NCBI GenBank assembly: GCA_028278105.1
Contig: JANQEX010000077.1
Coordinates: 2,030 to 66,029, forward strand
DNA: 64,000 bases
Reading direction: 5' to 3'
From: Alphaproteobacteria bacterium
GTDB lineage: Bacteria > Pseudomonadota > Alphaproteobacteria > UBA9219 > RGZA01
Part shown: positions 20,494 to 29,209 of the stretch, one piece after another
Position numbering within the stretch: position 1 is the first letter of the stretch
How the letters are laid out: each line of letters starts with the position of its first letter
Position numbers and translations under genes: made by a program
Notes under the pieces: model-generated
Database searches by the model: none
Seen by the model: the letters and a program-made list of their open reading frames with translations, nothing else
What the model was told of the DNA's origin: nothing

Positions 20494-20730
20494 ATGAAGT
20501 ATGTCTACATATTGCAGAGTAAAGAAGGGGGACACTTCTATGTGGGAATGACTGATGATTTGCGCAAGAGGATTGCGCAGCATAATGCCGGGAAAGTTCC
20601 ACACACTACGAAATTCAAACCATGGACAATAAAAACATATATCGCTTTTTCCAGCGAGAAACAGGCGATCACGTTTGAAAAATATCTCAAGTCACCTTCT
20701 GGAAGAGCATTTGCAAAAAAGAGGCTTTAA
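20494..20730 (+). CDS. GIY-YIG nuclease family protein (~78 aa)
   Basis: MKYVYILQSKEGGHFYVGMTDDLRKRIAQHNAG carries the GIY-YIG core. The gene is AT-rich and sits immediately downstream of tRNA-Ala and a structured palindromic spacer. Confidence 0.7.
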   Translation: MKYVYILQSKEGGHFYVGMTDDLRKRIAQHNAGKVPHTTKFKPWTIKTYIAFSSEKQAITFEKYLKSPSGRAFAKKRL

Positions 20731-20803
20731 TCAGTGGAGGATGCCGTGAACTGGGTGAATCGAACCGGAAGCAACAAGCAACAATTAAAGCGAGGAGGGC
20801 GTT

Positions 20804-20986
20804 ATGTCTGAGGAAGGCGGCGCGGCCACGGGCAGGGTGCGGATCATTCTTGGCGTCATCCTGGCGCTGGCGGCCGGATTCCTGCTCTATCGCAGCAACA
20901 CGCTGGGCGTTGAAAAGGCCGAGATCACGGTCGAGCTTCCCAAGGAGGCGGCGCCAAAGGCCGGGGTCCCCGATCCGGCCGAATAA
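20804..20986 (+). CDS. Small hypothetical membrane protein
   Basis: 60-aa ORF with a strong RBS (AGCGAGGAGGGCGTT ATG) and one TM helix (IILGVILALAAGFLLY). It ends at the MITE boundary. Confidence 0.45.
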   Translation: MSEEGGAATGRVRIILGVILALAAGFLLYRSNTLGVEKAEITVELPKEAAPKAGVPDPAE

Positions 20987-20989
20987 GCC

Positions 20990-21150
20990 CTAGGTTCAAT
21001 GGACAATGACCAACACGAACATTCCCGCCCCCGCTTGCGCGGGGGCAGGCTCCAGCGGGAATCCCATTTATTTTCAGGAGCAAATGGGATTCCGGGTCGC
21101 GGTTGCCGCGCAACCTTGCCCGGAATGTTCATCGGGTCTTTTCGATTTTT
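20990..21150. mobile_element. MITE-A, right-truncated copy with a short REP2 remnant at the apex
   Basis: The left TIR CTAGGTTCAATGGACAATGACC is intact, and the apex carries CCCCGCTTGCGCGGGGGCAGGCTCCAGCG. The right arm ends at GGAATGTTCATCGGGTC without the terminal TIR. Confidence 0.7.
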
Positions 21151-21151
21151 C

Positions 21152-22516
21152 CTATGAGCCGGAATTCTCACGAAGCGCGGCATGCAGGGCCTTGCCAAGC
21201 CCTTCCAGCGGCAATTCTTTCTGCGCGCCGGTTTTCAGGTTTTTCAGCGCGGCAATGCCCGCCTCTTTCTCGCGGCGGCCCAGCACCAGAATATGGGGGA
21301 TGCCGCTGCGGTCGGCGTATTTGATCTGCCTGCCCAGCTTGTCGTCTTCCAGATAGAGCGCGGTATTGAGGCCCGCCGCGCGCAAGGACGTGGCGAGCTT
21401 GCGCGTTTCCGCCTCCAGGTCCGGCTCCATGCGGCAGACCAGGATTTTTGTCGGGCTGGCCGCCTCCTGCACGAGCCCGGCCTGGCGCATCTGGTCGAAC
21501 AGCCGCGTCGCGCCGATGGAGATGCCGACGCCCGGCAGTCTTGATTTCGTGTAGTGGCTGGCCAGATTGTCATACCGCCCGCCGGAGCAGACGCTGCCGA
21601 AGCCTTCATGGCCCGCGAGGAAGGTCTCGTACACCGTGCCGGTATAGTAATCCAGCCCGCGGGTGATGGCGGGGTTGAAGCGGATGACGCCGTCCGCACC
21701 CATGTCCGCCGTCATGCGCAGCAGCAGGCTGATTTCCCTCAGGCCTTCTTCCGCCAGGGCGTTGCCCGCGCAAAGCTTTTGCAGTTCCCGCGCCAGTACG
21801 TCGTTATCCGCATCGCGGATTTTTAGAACGCCAAGCAGCGCCCGTGCGGGACCGGCCGGAAGGCCGAGGGCAAGAATGTTCTTTTCCGCCGAATCCCAGC
21901 CGGTTTTGGCGGCCTTGTCGATTTCGCGCAGGGCCAGGGTTTTGGTGTTTTCGTCCGCGCCCAGCTTTTCAAGATAGCCTTTCAGGATTTTCCGGTTCGA
22001 GACATGGATGGTGAAAGCGCCCAGGGACAGCTCGCGGAAAATATCGGCGATCACCACGGGCGCTTCGGCGTCATAGGCGGGAGAAAGCGCGTCCTTGCCG
22101 ATAATGTCGATATCGCACTGGTAGAATTCGCGGAAACGGCCTTTCTGCGCCCGCTCGCCGCGATAGACGCGCTGGATCTGGTAGCGGCGGAAGGGAAAGG
22201 CCAGTTCGTGCTCGTGTTGCGCCACGTAGCGGGCCAGCGGCACGGTCAGGTCGAAGCGCAGCGCGAGGCCGGGCTCATGCCCCTGGGCGCGGCCGCCGGT
22301 GGACTGCGCGAAATAAACCTGCTTCTCCGTCTCGCCGCCGCTTTTGGTGAGGAGGATGTCCGCCTCCTCGAACACGGGCGTTTCGATGGCGGTGAAGCCG
22401 TGCCGCTCGTAGCTGGCGCGGATCGCGTCCAGCATTGCCTGGAATGCGGCCTGCGCGCGCGGCAGAAGCTCCAGCGTGCCCGCGGGCGTCTTGGGCGTGA
22501 TGATTTTCGTGGTCAT
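21152..22516 (-). CDS. hisS: Histidine--tRNA ligase
   Basis: 454-aa ORF with class II aaRS motifs, the HisRS-specific GGRYD, and a C-terminal anticodon-binding domain. The anticodon-binding domain argues against the paralogue HisZ. Confidence 0.8.
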   Translation of the reverse strand: MTTKIITPKTPAGTLELLPRAQAAFQAMLDAIRASYERHGFTAIETPVFEEADILLTKSGGETEKQVYFAQSTGGRAQGHEPGLALRFDLTVPLARYVAQHEHELAFPFRRYQIQRVYRGERAQKGRFREFYQCDIDIIGKDALSPAYDAEAPVVIADIFRELSLGAFTIHVSNRKILKGYLEKLGADENTKTLALREIDKAAKTGWDSAEKNILALGLPAGPARALLGVLKIRDADNDVLARELQKLCAGNALAEEGLREISLLLRMTADMGADGVIRFNPAITRGLDYYTGTVYETFLAGHEGFGSVCSGGRYDNLASHYTKSRLPGVGISIGATRLFDQMRQAGLVQEAASPTKILVCRMEPDLEAETRKLATSLRAAGLNTALYLEDDKLGRQIKYADRSGIPHILVLGRREKEAGIAALKNLKTGAQKELPLEGLGKALHAALRENSGS

Positions 22517-22673
22517 GAAGTGAAGGCTTTTACCGGCGTTTTGCCCGCAAGTCCATATGTGAAAAAAGTGTTACGCCGCGCGGGCGGAATGTTGACCTGT
22601 CCCGCGCCAAAACGTCCGAACGTAAAGCTTGGTTTACCATTCCCTAACCCTATCTTAAACCGCCGGTGGCAAA

Positions 22674-23663
22674 GTGAAGGTCTCTTCGGGTGAAGCGGCT
22701 GTCAGGGAATTCATGCCTTCTCTTTTCCGGGATCTGAACGTGACGGATTTATACATCCGTCTCGACGCCAGCGATCCGGCGATTTACCAGCGCCAGAAAC
22801 GCGGGCGTTTCCGCTCGAACGCGCTCGTGCCCGACCGCTATGAGAAAGAGGTCCGCCAGATCGGCGAATTCATCCGCAACCAGGGCCTGAAGGAAGACAG
22901 CGTTTTGCATGTGAACGGCGTGCGCATGCGTCTGGCGCGCCAGAAAATGGCCGATGGCGAGGACTGGATCTGCCTGCGCGTCATCAAGACCATCATTCCC
23001 GAACTGGAGGATCTGGGCATTCCGCCCGCCTATGTGGAGGCGCTGCGCGAGCTTGGCCAGCGCGACGGACTCATCATGCTCACCGGCGCCACCGGCCACG
23101 GCAAGACCACCACGGCCGTGTCGCTCCTTTCCGATTGCCTCCGGCGTCACGGCGGCATCGCCGTCACCATTGAAGATCCGGTTGAATACGTGCTGAAGGG
23201 TCACCATGGCGAGCGGGGCTTCTGCTTCCAGTCGGAAGTGAACGACGACGAGGAATGGGCCGGGGCGATCAAGCGCAGCCTGCGCTGGGCGCCGCATTAC
23301 ATTTTCGTCGGGGAAATCCGCACGCCGAAGGCGGCGGAGCAGGTATTGCGCGCGGCCACCACCGGCCATCTGGTGCTGACCACCGTTCATGCCGGCTCGC
23401 CGGAAGAGGCGCTGATGGGCCTGATGCATCTGGCCGAGCAGACCATGGGCGGCGCATCGCAAATGATCCTTGCCGCCGGCTTGACGGCGGTTCTGCATCA
23501 AACCATGACCGAGTCCGGCCCGCATGTGCGCCTGGTGACGACCGAATCCGGCAATATGGGCGATCCGGTCCGGGCGCTGGTGCGCGAGAACAAGGTCGGG
23601 ATGCTCGGCACCTATATTGATAAAATGACGGCCCGGCTCTCCGCGGCGGGACGGGAAAGGTAG
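22674..23663 (+). CDS. PilT/PilU-family hexameric secretion ATPase, divergent (paralogue 1)
   Basis: Walker A GATGHGKTTT, IEDPVEY, Walker B/Asp box YIFVGEIRTP and His box TGHLVLTTVHAG, colinear with PilT over the whole length. The N-terminal 13 residues are uncertain; an alternative start is ATG 22713. Confidence 0.65.
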   Translation: MKVSSGEAAVREFMPSLFRDLNVTDLYIRLDASDPAIYQRQKRGRFRSNALVPDRYEKEVRQIGEFIRNQGLKEDSVLHVNGVRMRLARQKMADGEDWICLRVIKTIIPELEDLGIPPAYVEALRELGQRDGLIMLTGATGHGKTTTAVSLLSDCLRRHGGIAVTIEDPVEYVLKGHHGERGFCFQSEVNDDEEWAGAIKRSLRWAPHYIFVGEIRTPKAAEQVLRAATTGHLVLTTVHAGSPEEALMGLMHLAEQTMGGASQMILAAGLTAVLHQTMTESGPHVRLVTTESGNMGDPVRALVRENKVGMLGTYIDKMTARLSAAGRER

Positions 23664-23669
23664 GGTTCC

Positions 23670-24656
23670 ATGCACAAGCTCAGCAAATTCGACTTCATGG
23701 ACCTTTACGTGCGGCTCGACGGCGCGTCCACGCCGCGCTATCGCGCGCCGCGCCTGGACAAGCACAATGTCTGGACGCAGCTTCTGCCCGAACTTTATCA
23801 TGCCGACGCCGACCATCTTATCATGCATCTGCGTCAGGACGCGCACCGGCCCGACGCCGCGTTCGACTATGACGGCATGCATTTCCGCATCTCGCAGCAG
23901 AAAATGGCCAGCGGCGAGGAATGGGTGTGCCTGCGCAAGGTGAACCCGGTCGTGCCCCGCCTGGTCGATCTGGGCTATGTGCCGCATATCGCCAACTACC
24001 TGCTGAACCTTGGGCGGCGCGACGGGCTGGTGCTGCTCTCCGGCGCCACCGGCCACGGCAAGACGACGACATGCTTTTCGCTGCTGCAGGAATATCTGGA
24101 GCGCTATGGCGGCGTCGGCATGACCGTGGAAGATCCCGTGGAATACGAATTGGAGGGCGAACGCGGCGCGCATGGCTATTGTTACCAGATTCAGGTGTCG
24201 GACGAAGAGGACTGGGCCCCGCCCCTGAAGCGCTGCCTGCGCTGGACGCCGCGTTACCTGCTGGTGGGTGAAATCCGCTCGCCTGAGGCGGCCGAGCAGA
24301 TCCTGCGCGCGGCCACCACCGGCCATCTGGTGCTGACCACCATTCATGCCGGCTCGATTGAGGAAAGCCTGCTCGGCCTTTTGCATCTGGCCTATCGCGC
24401 CGTCGGCGAGAGCGCGCGGATCATGCTGGCGCAGGCGCTGACGGCGGGCATTCACCAGACCCTCAATCCCACCGGGCCGTTCATCCGCTACATCTTTACC
24501 GAAGAGAACAACAACGGCGACCCGGTGCGCGCCCTGATCCGCGAGGACCGGGTGGGCATGATCAATACCTATATCGACCGGCAGATCGCCCGCATGCAGC
24601 TTTTGCAGAATCCCACGCTTCCGCCGCCGCCCACCACCGCGCCGCGGAAGAAGTGA
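23670..24656 (+). CDS. PilT/PilU-family hexameric secretion ATPase, divergent (paralogue 2)
   Basis: Tandem paralogue of the upstream gene with the same motif set (GATGHGKTTT, VEDPVEY, LLVGEIRSP, TGHLVLTTIHAG). Its N-terminal domain is distinct and it has a proline-rich C-terminal tail. Confidence 0.65.
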   Translation: MHKLSKFDFMDLYVRLDGASTPRYRAPRLDKHNVWTQLLPELYHADADHLIMHLRQDAHRPDAAFDYDGMHFRISQQKMASGEEWVCLRKVNPVVPRLVDLGYVPHIANYLLNLGRRDGLVLLSGATGHGKTTTCFSLLQEYLERYGGVGMTVEDPVEYELEGERGAHGYCYQIQVSDEEDWAPPLKRCLRWTPRYLLVGEIRSPEAAEQILRAATTGHLVLTTIHAGSIEESLLGLLHLAYRAVGESARIMLAQALTAGIHQTLNPTGPFIRYIFTEENNNGDPVRALIREDRVGMINTYIDRQIARMQLLQNPTLPPPPTTAPRKK

Positions 24657-25055
24657 CTTTCTGGCGTCATCCTGGAAAGCGCGCGCCGCGCGTTTATCCG
24701 GGATCTCCTGAGCAGGAGAAAGATCCTGAATAAAGCTCGCGCCGCTCGCTTTTTCAGGATGACGCCTCATGGGGCACTGATTTCTGACTTCTGATTACTG
24801 AATGTCATCCTGGAAACCGCCGCAGGCGGTTATCCATGATCTCTTTCTTCCATGGGCACAAGATCCCGGATAAACGCGCGGCGCGCAGTTTCCGGGATGA
24901 CGCCTCATGGGGTACTGATTTCTGACCTCTGATTACTGAATGTCATCCTGGAAACCGCCACGGGCGGTTATCCAGGATCTCTTTCCCCCATGGGCACAAG
25001 ATCCCGGATAAACGCGCGGCGCGCAGTTTCCGGGATGACGCCCTTTTGGCAAGAT
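24657..25055. repeat. Cluster of family-6 hairpin repeats including a ~140-bp tandem duplication
   Basis: Units GTCATCCTGGAAA..TTATCC(A/G)GGATCTC occur at 24666, 24722(rc), 24806, 24862(rc), 24943 and 25003(rc). The composite 24757-24896 is repeated about 95% identically at 24896-25036. Confidence 0.8.
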
Positions 25056-25059
25056 GGCG

Positions 25060-26061
25060 TTACCCTCGCTCCGCCGCGATTGCGTCCATGATTTCGCGGA
25101 TCAGCCCCGGCCCCTTGTACACGAGCCCGGTATAAAGCTGGATGGCGTCCGCTCCGGCTTTCAGCAGACGCAGGGCGTCCGCGCCGCCTTGCACGCCGCC
25201 CACGCCGATGATGGGCATGCCGGCTCCGGCCCGCGCGCGCAGTTCCTTCACCATCCAGCAGGATATGGGCAGAAGCCCCGGCCCGCTATAGCCGCCCACC
25301 GGCGCGCCGTCACGCATCGGCCAGTCGATGGACCGGGTCTCGGCAAGCGCGCGGCCGGCATGGGGCAGGGTGTTGGTGGCCACGAAACCATCCACGCCCG
25401 CTTCCAGCGCCGCATCCGCCATGCGGCGCAGAACATCGCCGTCCATGGCGGGGCCAGGCTTGAGAAGAACGGGCCTGCTTCCGGCTCCTTCCTTGCAGGC
25501 CTTGATCTGGCGCGCCGCCGCTTGTTCCGGCGCATCATGGCCCGTGGCATCCGCCACGTTGACGCAGGAGACATTCAGCGTCAGGTAATCCGCATAAGGC
25601 GCGCAAGTTTTGGCGAGTTGCGTGAATTCCTCCAGCCTGCCGCCAGACGAGGCGAGGCTGACGCCAATCGTCAGGTGTTGGCGCTCCGGGCGGCTCTGGA
25701 AAGCCTGCAAGTTGGCGGCAAAGACATCAATACCCGGTCCCGGCAGGCCCATCCAGTTGATCAGGCTGCGTTGCGGCTTGAAGCGCCACAGGCGCGGGCG
25801 CGGATTGCCCGCGCGCGGCGCGGCGCTGCAAACCGTTCCCGCTTCCACAAGGCCGAAGCCCATGCGCGACCAGCCCGCGAGAGCTTCAGCCTTTTTGTCG
25901 GCGCCGGCCGGGAGGCCGATGGGGTTGCGGATTTTCCGGCCGAACAGTTCGAGGCCTATATCCCGCTTTTCGTTGATCACGGGGCCAAGGCCGAGCTTCA
26001 GCGCCGCCAGCGTCACGCCATGCGCGGTTTCGGGTTCCAGCAGATGCAAAAGCCCCATCAT
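25060..26061 (-). CDS. pyrD: Dihydroorotate dehydrogenase (quinone)
   Basis: Class 2 DHODH motifs (NPIGLPAG, FGLVEAGTV, catalytic Ser region, GVGGV). The track ORF is N-terminally extended. The start was chosen at ATG 26061 (MMGLLHLLEPETAHG), aligning with the PyrD N-terminal helix. Confidence 0.8.
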   Translation of the reverse strand: MMGLLHLLEPETAHGVTLAALKLGLGPVINEKRDIGLELFGRKIRNPIGLPAGADKKAEALAGWSRMGFGLVEAGTVCSAAPRAGNPRPRLWRFKPQRSLINWMGLPGPGIDVFAANLQAFQSRPERQHLTIGVSLASSGGRLEEFTQLAKTCAPYADYLTLNVSCVNVADATGHDAPEQAAARQIKACKEGAGSRPVLLKPGPAMDGDVLRRMADAALEAGVDGFVATNTLPHAGRALAETRSIDWPMRDGAPVGGYSGPGLLPISCWMVKELRARAGAGMPIIGVGGVQGGADALRLLKAGADAIQLYTGLVYKGPGLIREIMDAIAAERG

Positions 26062-26226
26062 CCGGCAAGGCTCCAGGGAATGGTTGTTGTGCTGGCGGGT
26101 TGCGCCAGCATGCCGATGGGCAGGGTAAAGCTTAAGGTCACGGCGTCGATATTTGCAGAAAAACCCCGGCGAAGCGAGAGTCAATCAATGGTTTGAAAAG
26201 GCGATGGCATATCCCGTTCAAACAAA

Positions 26227-26545
26227 AAACGTCCTGCCCGCGACCCGTCTTCGCTAAAGCTATGCCGGGCCGTTTTGCAAGCGCGCCCTGCGAAGCCGAA
26301 GGCGAAGCAGGGAGGCGGGCATCCACAGCTTGCGGAGGCGGAAAAGCGGGCGCCGGGGTAAACTCCAGCCGGGGTCCGGCATGAAGCCGGAGGCTTCATG
26401 CAACCGCCTCCGGCGGTTGCTGGATTCCGGCTTTCGCCGGAATGAGAAGTTGTCTGTCTGGTTTGATCCGTTCCCAATCAAGTTTGGACCTAAACAAACG
26501 GGATTCCGGGTCGCGCGAGCTTCGCTCGCTTGCCCGGAATGTTCA
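26227..26545. repeat. REP3 palindrome plus a degenerate MITE-A fragment
   Basis: 26227-26330 CGCGACCCGTCTTCGCTAAAGCTATGCCGGGCCGTTTTGCAAGCGCGCCCTGCGAAGCCGAAGGCGAAGCAGGGAGGCGGG is a REP3 unit. 26490-26545 AAACGGGATTCCGGGTCGCG...GCCCGGAATGTTCAT is a MITE-A core arm. Confidence 0.6.
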
Positions 26546-26552
26546 TTCAAGC

Positions 26553-27560
26553 TCAATCATAATCCAGGTCGCCCGCCTTGCCGTGAAAGATTCTGTAGGC
26601 AAGGAAGGTATAGCCGATCAGCACCGGCAGGACGATCAGTGTGCCCACCAGGATAATCATCAGGGAGTCCGGAGCGCTGGCCGCCTCCACAATCGTCATG
26701 CGGCCGGGCACGATATAGGGATAGAAGCTGTAGGCGAGTCCAAGGAAGCACAGGACATAAATCCCGATGGTCAGCATGAAGGGAACCCAGCATCCCCGGT
26801 CATCCGCGCGCGGCTGGGTTTTGAGCGAGCGGTGTAGCAGGTAGACAAGGCCCATGGTCAGCAGCGGGATGGGCGCGAGAAACAAGAAGTTGGGCAAGGC
26901 GAACCATTTGTCGAAGATGCGCGCGCTGACAAGCGGCGTGGCCGCCGACACCAGCAGGATGCCGCCGGCCGTGCCGTAAAGCGCGAGCCGCGCCCAGCGC
27001 GCCGCCTTGCGTTGCAGCGCGCCTTCGGTTTTCATCAGCAGCCAGCAGGCGCCGATCAGCGTATAGCCCGCCGCGAGGCACAGGCCCACGAGCCCCGAAA
27101 AGCAGCAGGCGCTCCAGCTCTGCTCAAAGCCGAGAATGTAGGAACCAAGCATGTATCCCTGCGCCAGCGCCATCAGCAGGGAGCCCGCGAAGAAGGTGAA
27201 ATTCCACGTCTCCTTGTGCGCGATATGCGCCTTGGTGCGGAAGTCAAACGACACGCCGCGCATGATCAGTCCCGCCAGCATCACCGCCACCGGCAGGTAG
27301 AGATTGGTCAATATGATGCCGTGCGCGGCGGGAAAGGCCACCAGCAGCAACCCCACGCCCAGCACCAGCCAGGTTTCGTTGGCGTCCCAGAAAGGGCCGA
27401 TGGAGGCGATCATCCGGTCCTTTTCCTCGCCGGTGGCGCCGTTCAGCAAAAGGCCCACGCCCAGGTCATAGCCGTCCAGCGCGGCATAGACCAGCATCGC
27501 AAGGCCCATCAGGCCGGCGAAGACCAGGGGCAGCCATTGTCCGTCCGCGAAGATTTCCAT
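26553..27560 (-). CDS. cydB: Cytochrome bd ubiquinol oxidase subunit II
   Basis: 335-aa polytopic membrane ORF immediately downstream of cydA. Its N-terminus (DGYDLGVGLL) is typical of CydB. Confidence 0.85.
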   Translation of the reverse strand: MEIFADGQWLPLVFAGLMGLAMLVYAALDGYDLGVGLLLNGATGEEKDRMIASIGPFWDANETWLVLGVGLLLVAFPAAHGIILTNLYLPVAVMLAGLIMRGVSFDFRTKAHIAHKETWNFTFFAGSLLMALAQGYMLGSYILGFEQSWSACCFSGLVGLCLAAGYTLIGACWLLMKTEGALQRKAARWARLALYGTAGGILLVSAATPLVSARIFDKWFALPNFLFLAPIPLLTMGLVYLLHRSLKTQPRADDRGCWVPFMLTIGIYVLCFLGLAYSFYPYIVPGRMTIVEAASAPDSLMIILVGTLIVLPVLIGYTFLAYRIFHGKAGDLDYD

Positions 27561-27570
27561 AAAATCTCCT

Positions 27571-28959
27571 TCAGCCTTTCAACGCGCCCGGCGCCGGCAG
27601 CGGACCCTTGATCTCTCCCGCCTTGCGCGCCATGTGGAAAAGCGTGCCGATAAAGGCCACCAGCAGCACCGCGTAAATGACAAGGTAAAGGGTCAGGCTC
27701 ACGCCGATCAGGGAAGCGGGAACCTGCGACGCGGCCTCATAAGTGCGCAGCACGCCCTGCACCAGCCAGGGCTGGCGGCCGATTTCGGTCACATACCAGC
27801 CCGCGACGCTGGCGATCCAGCCCGAAAAGCTCATGCCGACCAGGGCAACGGCCAGCCACCGGCCGATCGGCTTGCGCCGGAGCAGTTGCAGGGCCGCCGT
27901 CCAGGACACGAGCAGCATCAGCAGGCCCGTGCCCACCATCACCCGGAACGACCAGAAGACGGGCGCGACCGGCGGGTGATTGCCCCGGAAATCGTTCAGC
28001 CCGCGCACCACGCCGTCGATGTCATGCGTGAGGATCAGGCTGCTGATTCCCGGAAGCGCAAGGCTGTTCTTGTTGGCGCGCGCCTCCTCGTCGATATGGG
28101 CGAAAAGGACAAGCGGCGCGCGGGCTTGCGTCTCCCACAGCCCCTCCATCGCCGCGACTTTCGCGGGCTGATGCTCAAGCGTGTTGAGCCCGTGCTGGTC
28201 GCCCACGATGATTTGAAGGGGAATCAGGAGCGCCGCCGCCATCACGCCGGTGGAAAGCGCCGCCTTCACGGAAGAAGCGATATCGCCGCGCAGCATGCGG
28301 TAGGCCGAAAGCCCCGCCATCAAAAAGGCCGCCGTCAGGCCCGAACCCAGAAGCACATGAGTGAGACGGTAGGGGAAAGAGGGGTTGAAGACGATCCGCG
28401 TCCAGTCGGTGGCCATGGCCTTGCCGTCCACCATTTCGAATCCCGCGGGCGTTTGCATCCAGCTGTTCAGGGCCAGAATCCAGAAGGCCGAGAGCGTCGT
28501 GCCGGCGGCCACCAGAAAAGTGGCGAGATCGTGCAGCCATCCCGGCACGCGCCGGAAGCCGAACAGCATGATGCCGAGAAAAGTGGCCTCCAGGAAAAAG
28601 GCGGTCAGCACCTCATAGGCCAGAAGCGGCCCGGCGACGTTGCCGACCTTGATCATGAAGCCCGGCCAGTTGGTGCCGAACTGGAAAGACATCGTCACGC
28701 CGCTGACGACGCCGAGGGCGAAGCACAGCGCGAAAACCTTGGTCCAGAAAAAATAGGCTTCCATCCATTTCAGGTCGCGCGTGACGTTGTGGCGCCATTT
28801 GAAGAAAAGCAAAAACCAGCCGAGCGCGATGGTGATCGTCGGAAAAAGGATGTGAAAGGTGATGTTCGCGGCGAACTGAATCCGCGCCAGAAATACGGGG
28901 TCGGTGTCCACGGGTCCGTCTCCTCGCGGCTCGAATCGGTTTTTCAAGCCAAGCAGCAA
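27571..28959 (-). CDS. cydA: Cytochrome bd ubiquinol oxidase subunit I
   Basis: 462-aa ORF with CydA motifs (FQFGTNW, Q-loop region, GWYVTEIGRQPW). The start may lie a few codons internal to the maximal ORF. Confidence 0.85.
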   Translation of the reverse strand: MLLGLKNRFEPRGDGPVDTDPVFLARIQFAANITFHILFPTITIALGWFLLFFKWRHNVTRDLKWMEAYFFWTKVFALCFALGVVSGVTMSFQFGTNWPGFMIKVGNVAGPLLAYEVLTAFFLEATFLGIMLFGFRRVPGWLHDLATFLVAAGTTLSAFWILALNSWMQTPAGFEMVDGKAMATDWTRIVFNPSFPYRLTHVLLGSGLTAAFLMAGLSAYRMLRGDIASSVKAALSTGVMAAALLIPLQIIVGDQHGLNTLEHQPAKVAAMEGLWETQARAPLVLFAHIDEEARANKNSLALPGISSLILTHDIDGVVRGLNDFRGNHPPVAPVFWSFRVMVGTGLLMLLVSWTAALQLLRRKPIGRWLAVALVGMSFSGWIASVAGWYVTEIGRQPWLVQGVLRTYEAASQVPASLIGVSLTLYLVIYAVLLVAFIGTLFHMARKAGEIKGPLPAPGALKG

Positions 28960-29209
28960 TCGAAAGCCGTTTCAACCGGTTTGAGAAATGGGTAGTGGGT
29001 CAGTTTAAAAAAATCACCCCCGCGACGGCGGGGGTCCCATTTGATTTCCAAAATAAAATGGGATGCCCGCCAGAGCCTGTCCCCGCGAAGGCGGGGGCGG
29101 GCATGATTTTCGGAGCAAGTTGACCCGCTACCGAGAAACCGCCATGGGTTTTTCCGCTTCCGCTTTGGGTTTTCCTGTGCTTGGCTATGGGCGAATGTTG
29201 CGGAGAAGC

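Noticed and set aside
21152-22516. HisZ (ATP phosphoribosyltransferase regulatory subunit) instead of HisS
   Set aside because: A C-terminal anticodon-binding domain is present and the protein is of full HisRS length; HisZ lacks that domain.
22674-24656. Type II secretion GspE or conjugative VirB11 identity for the tandem ATPases
   Set aside because: The size (about 330 aa), lack of a GspE N-terminal extension or zinc finger, and colinearity with PilT favour the PilT/PilU subfamily. Subfamily assignment still needs phylogeny.
22749-24770. 673-aa minus-strand ORF
   Set aside because: Antisense to both PilT-like genes and the repeat cluster; the sense-strand proteins have full ATPase motif sets.
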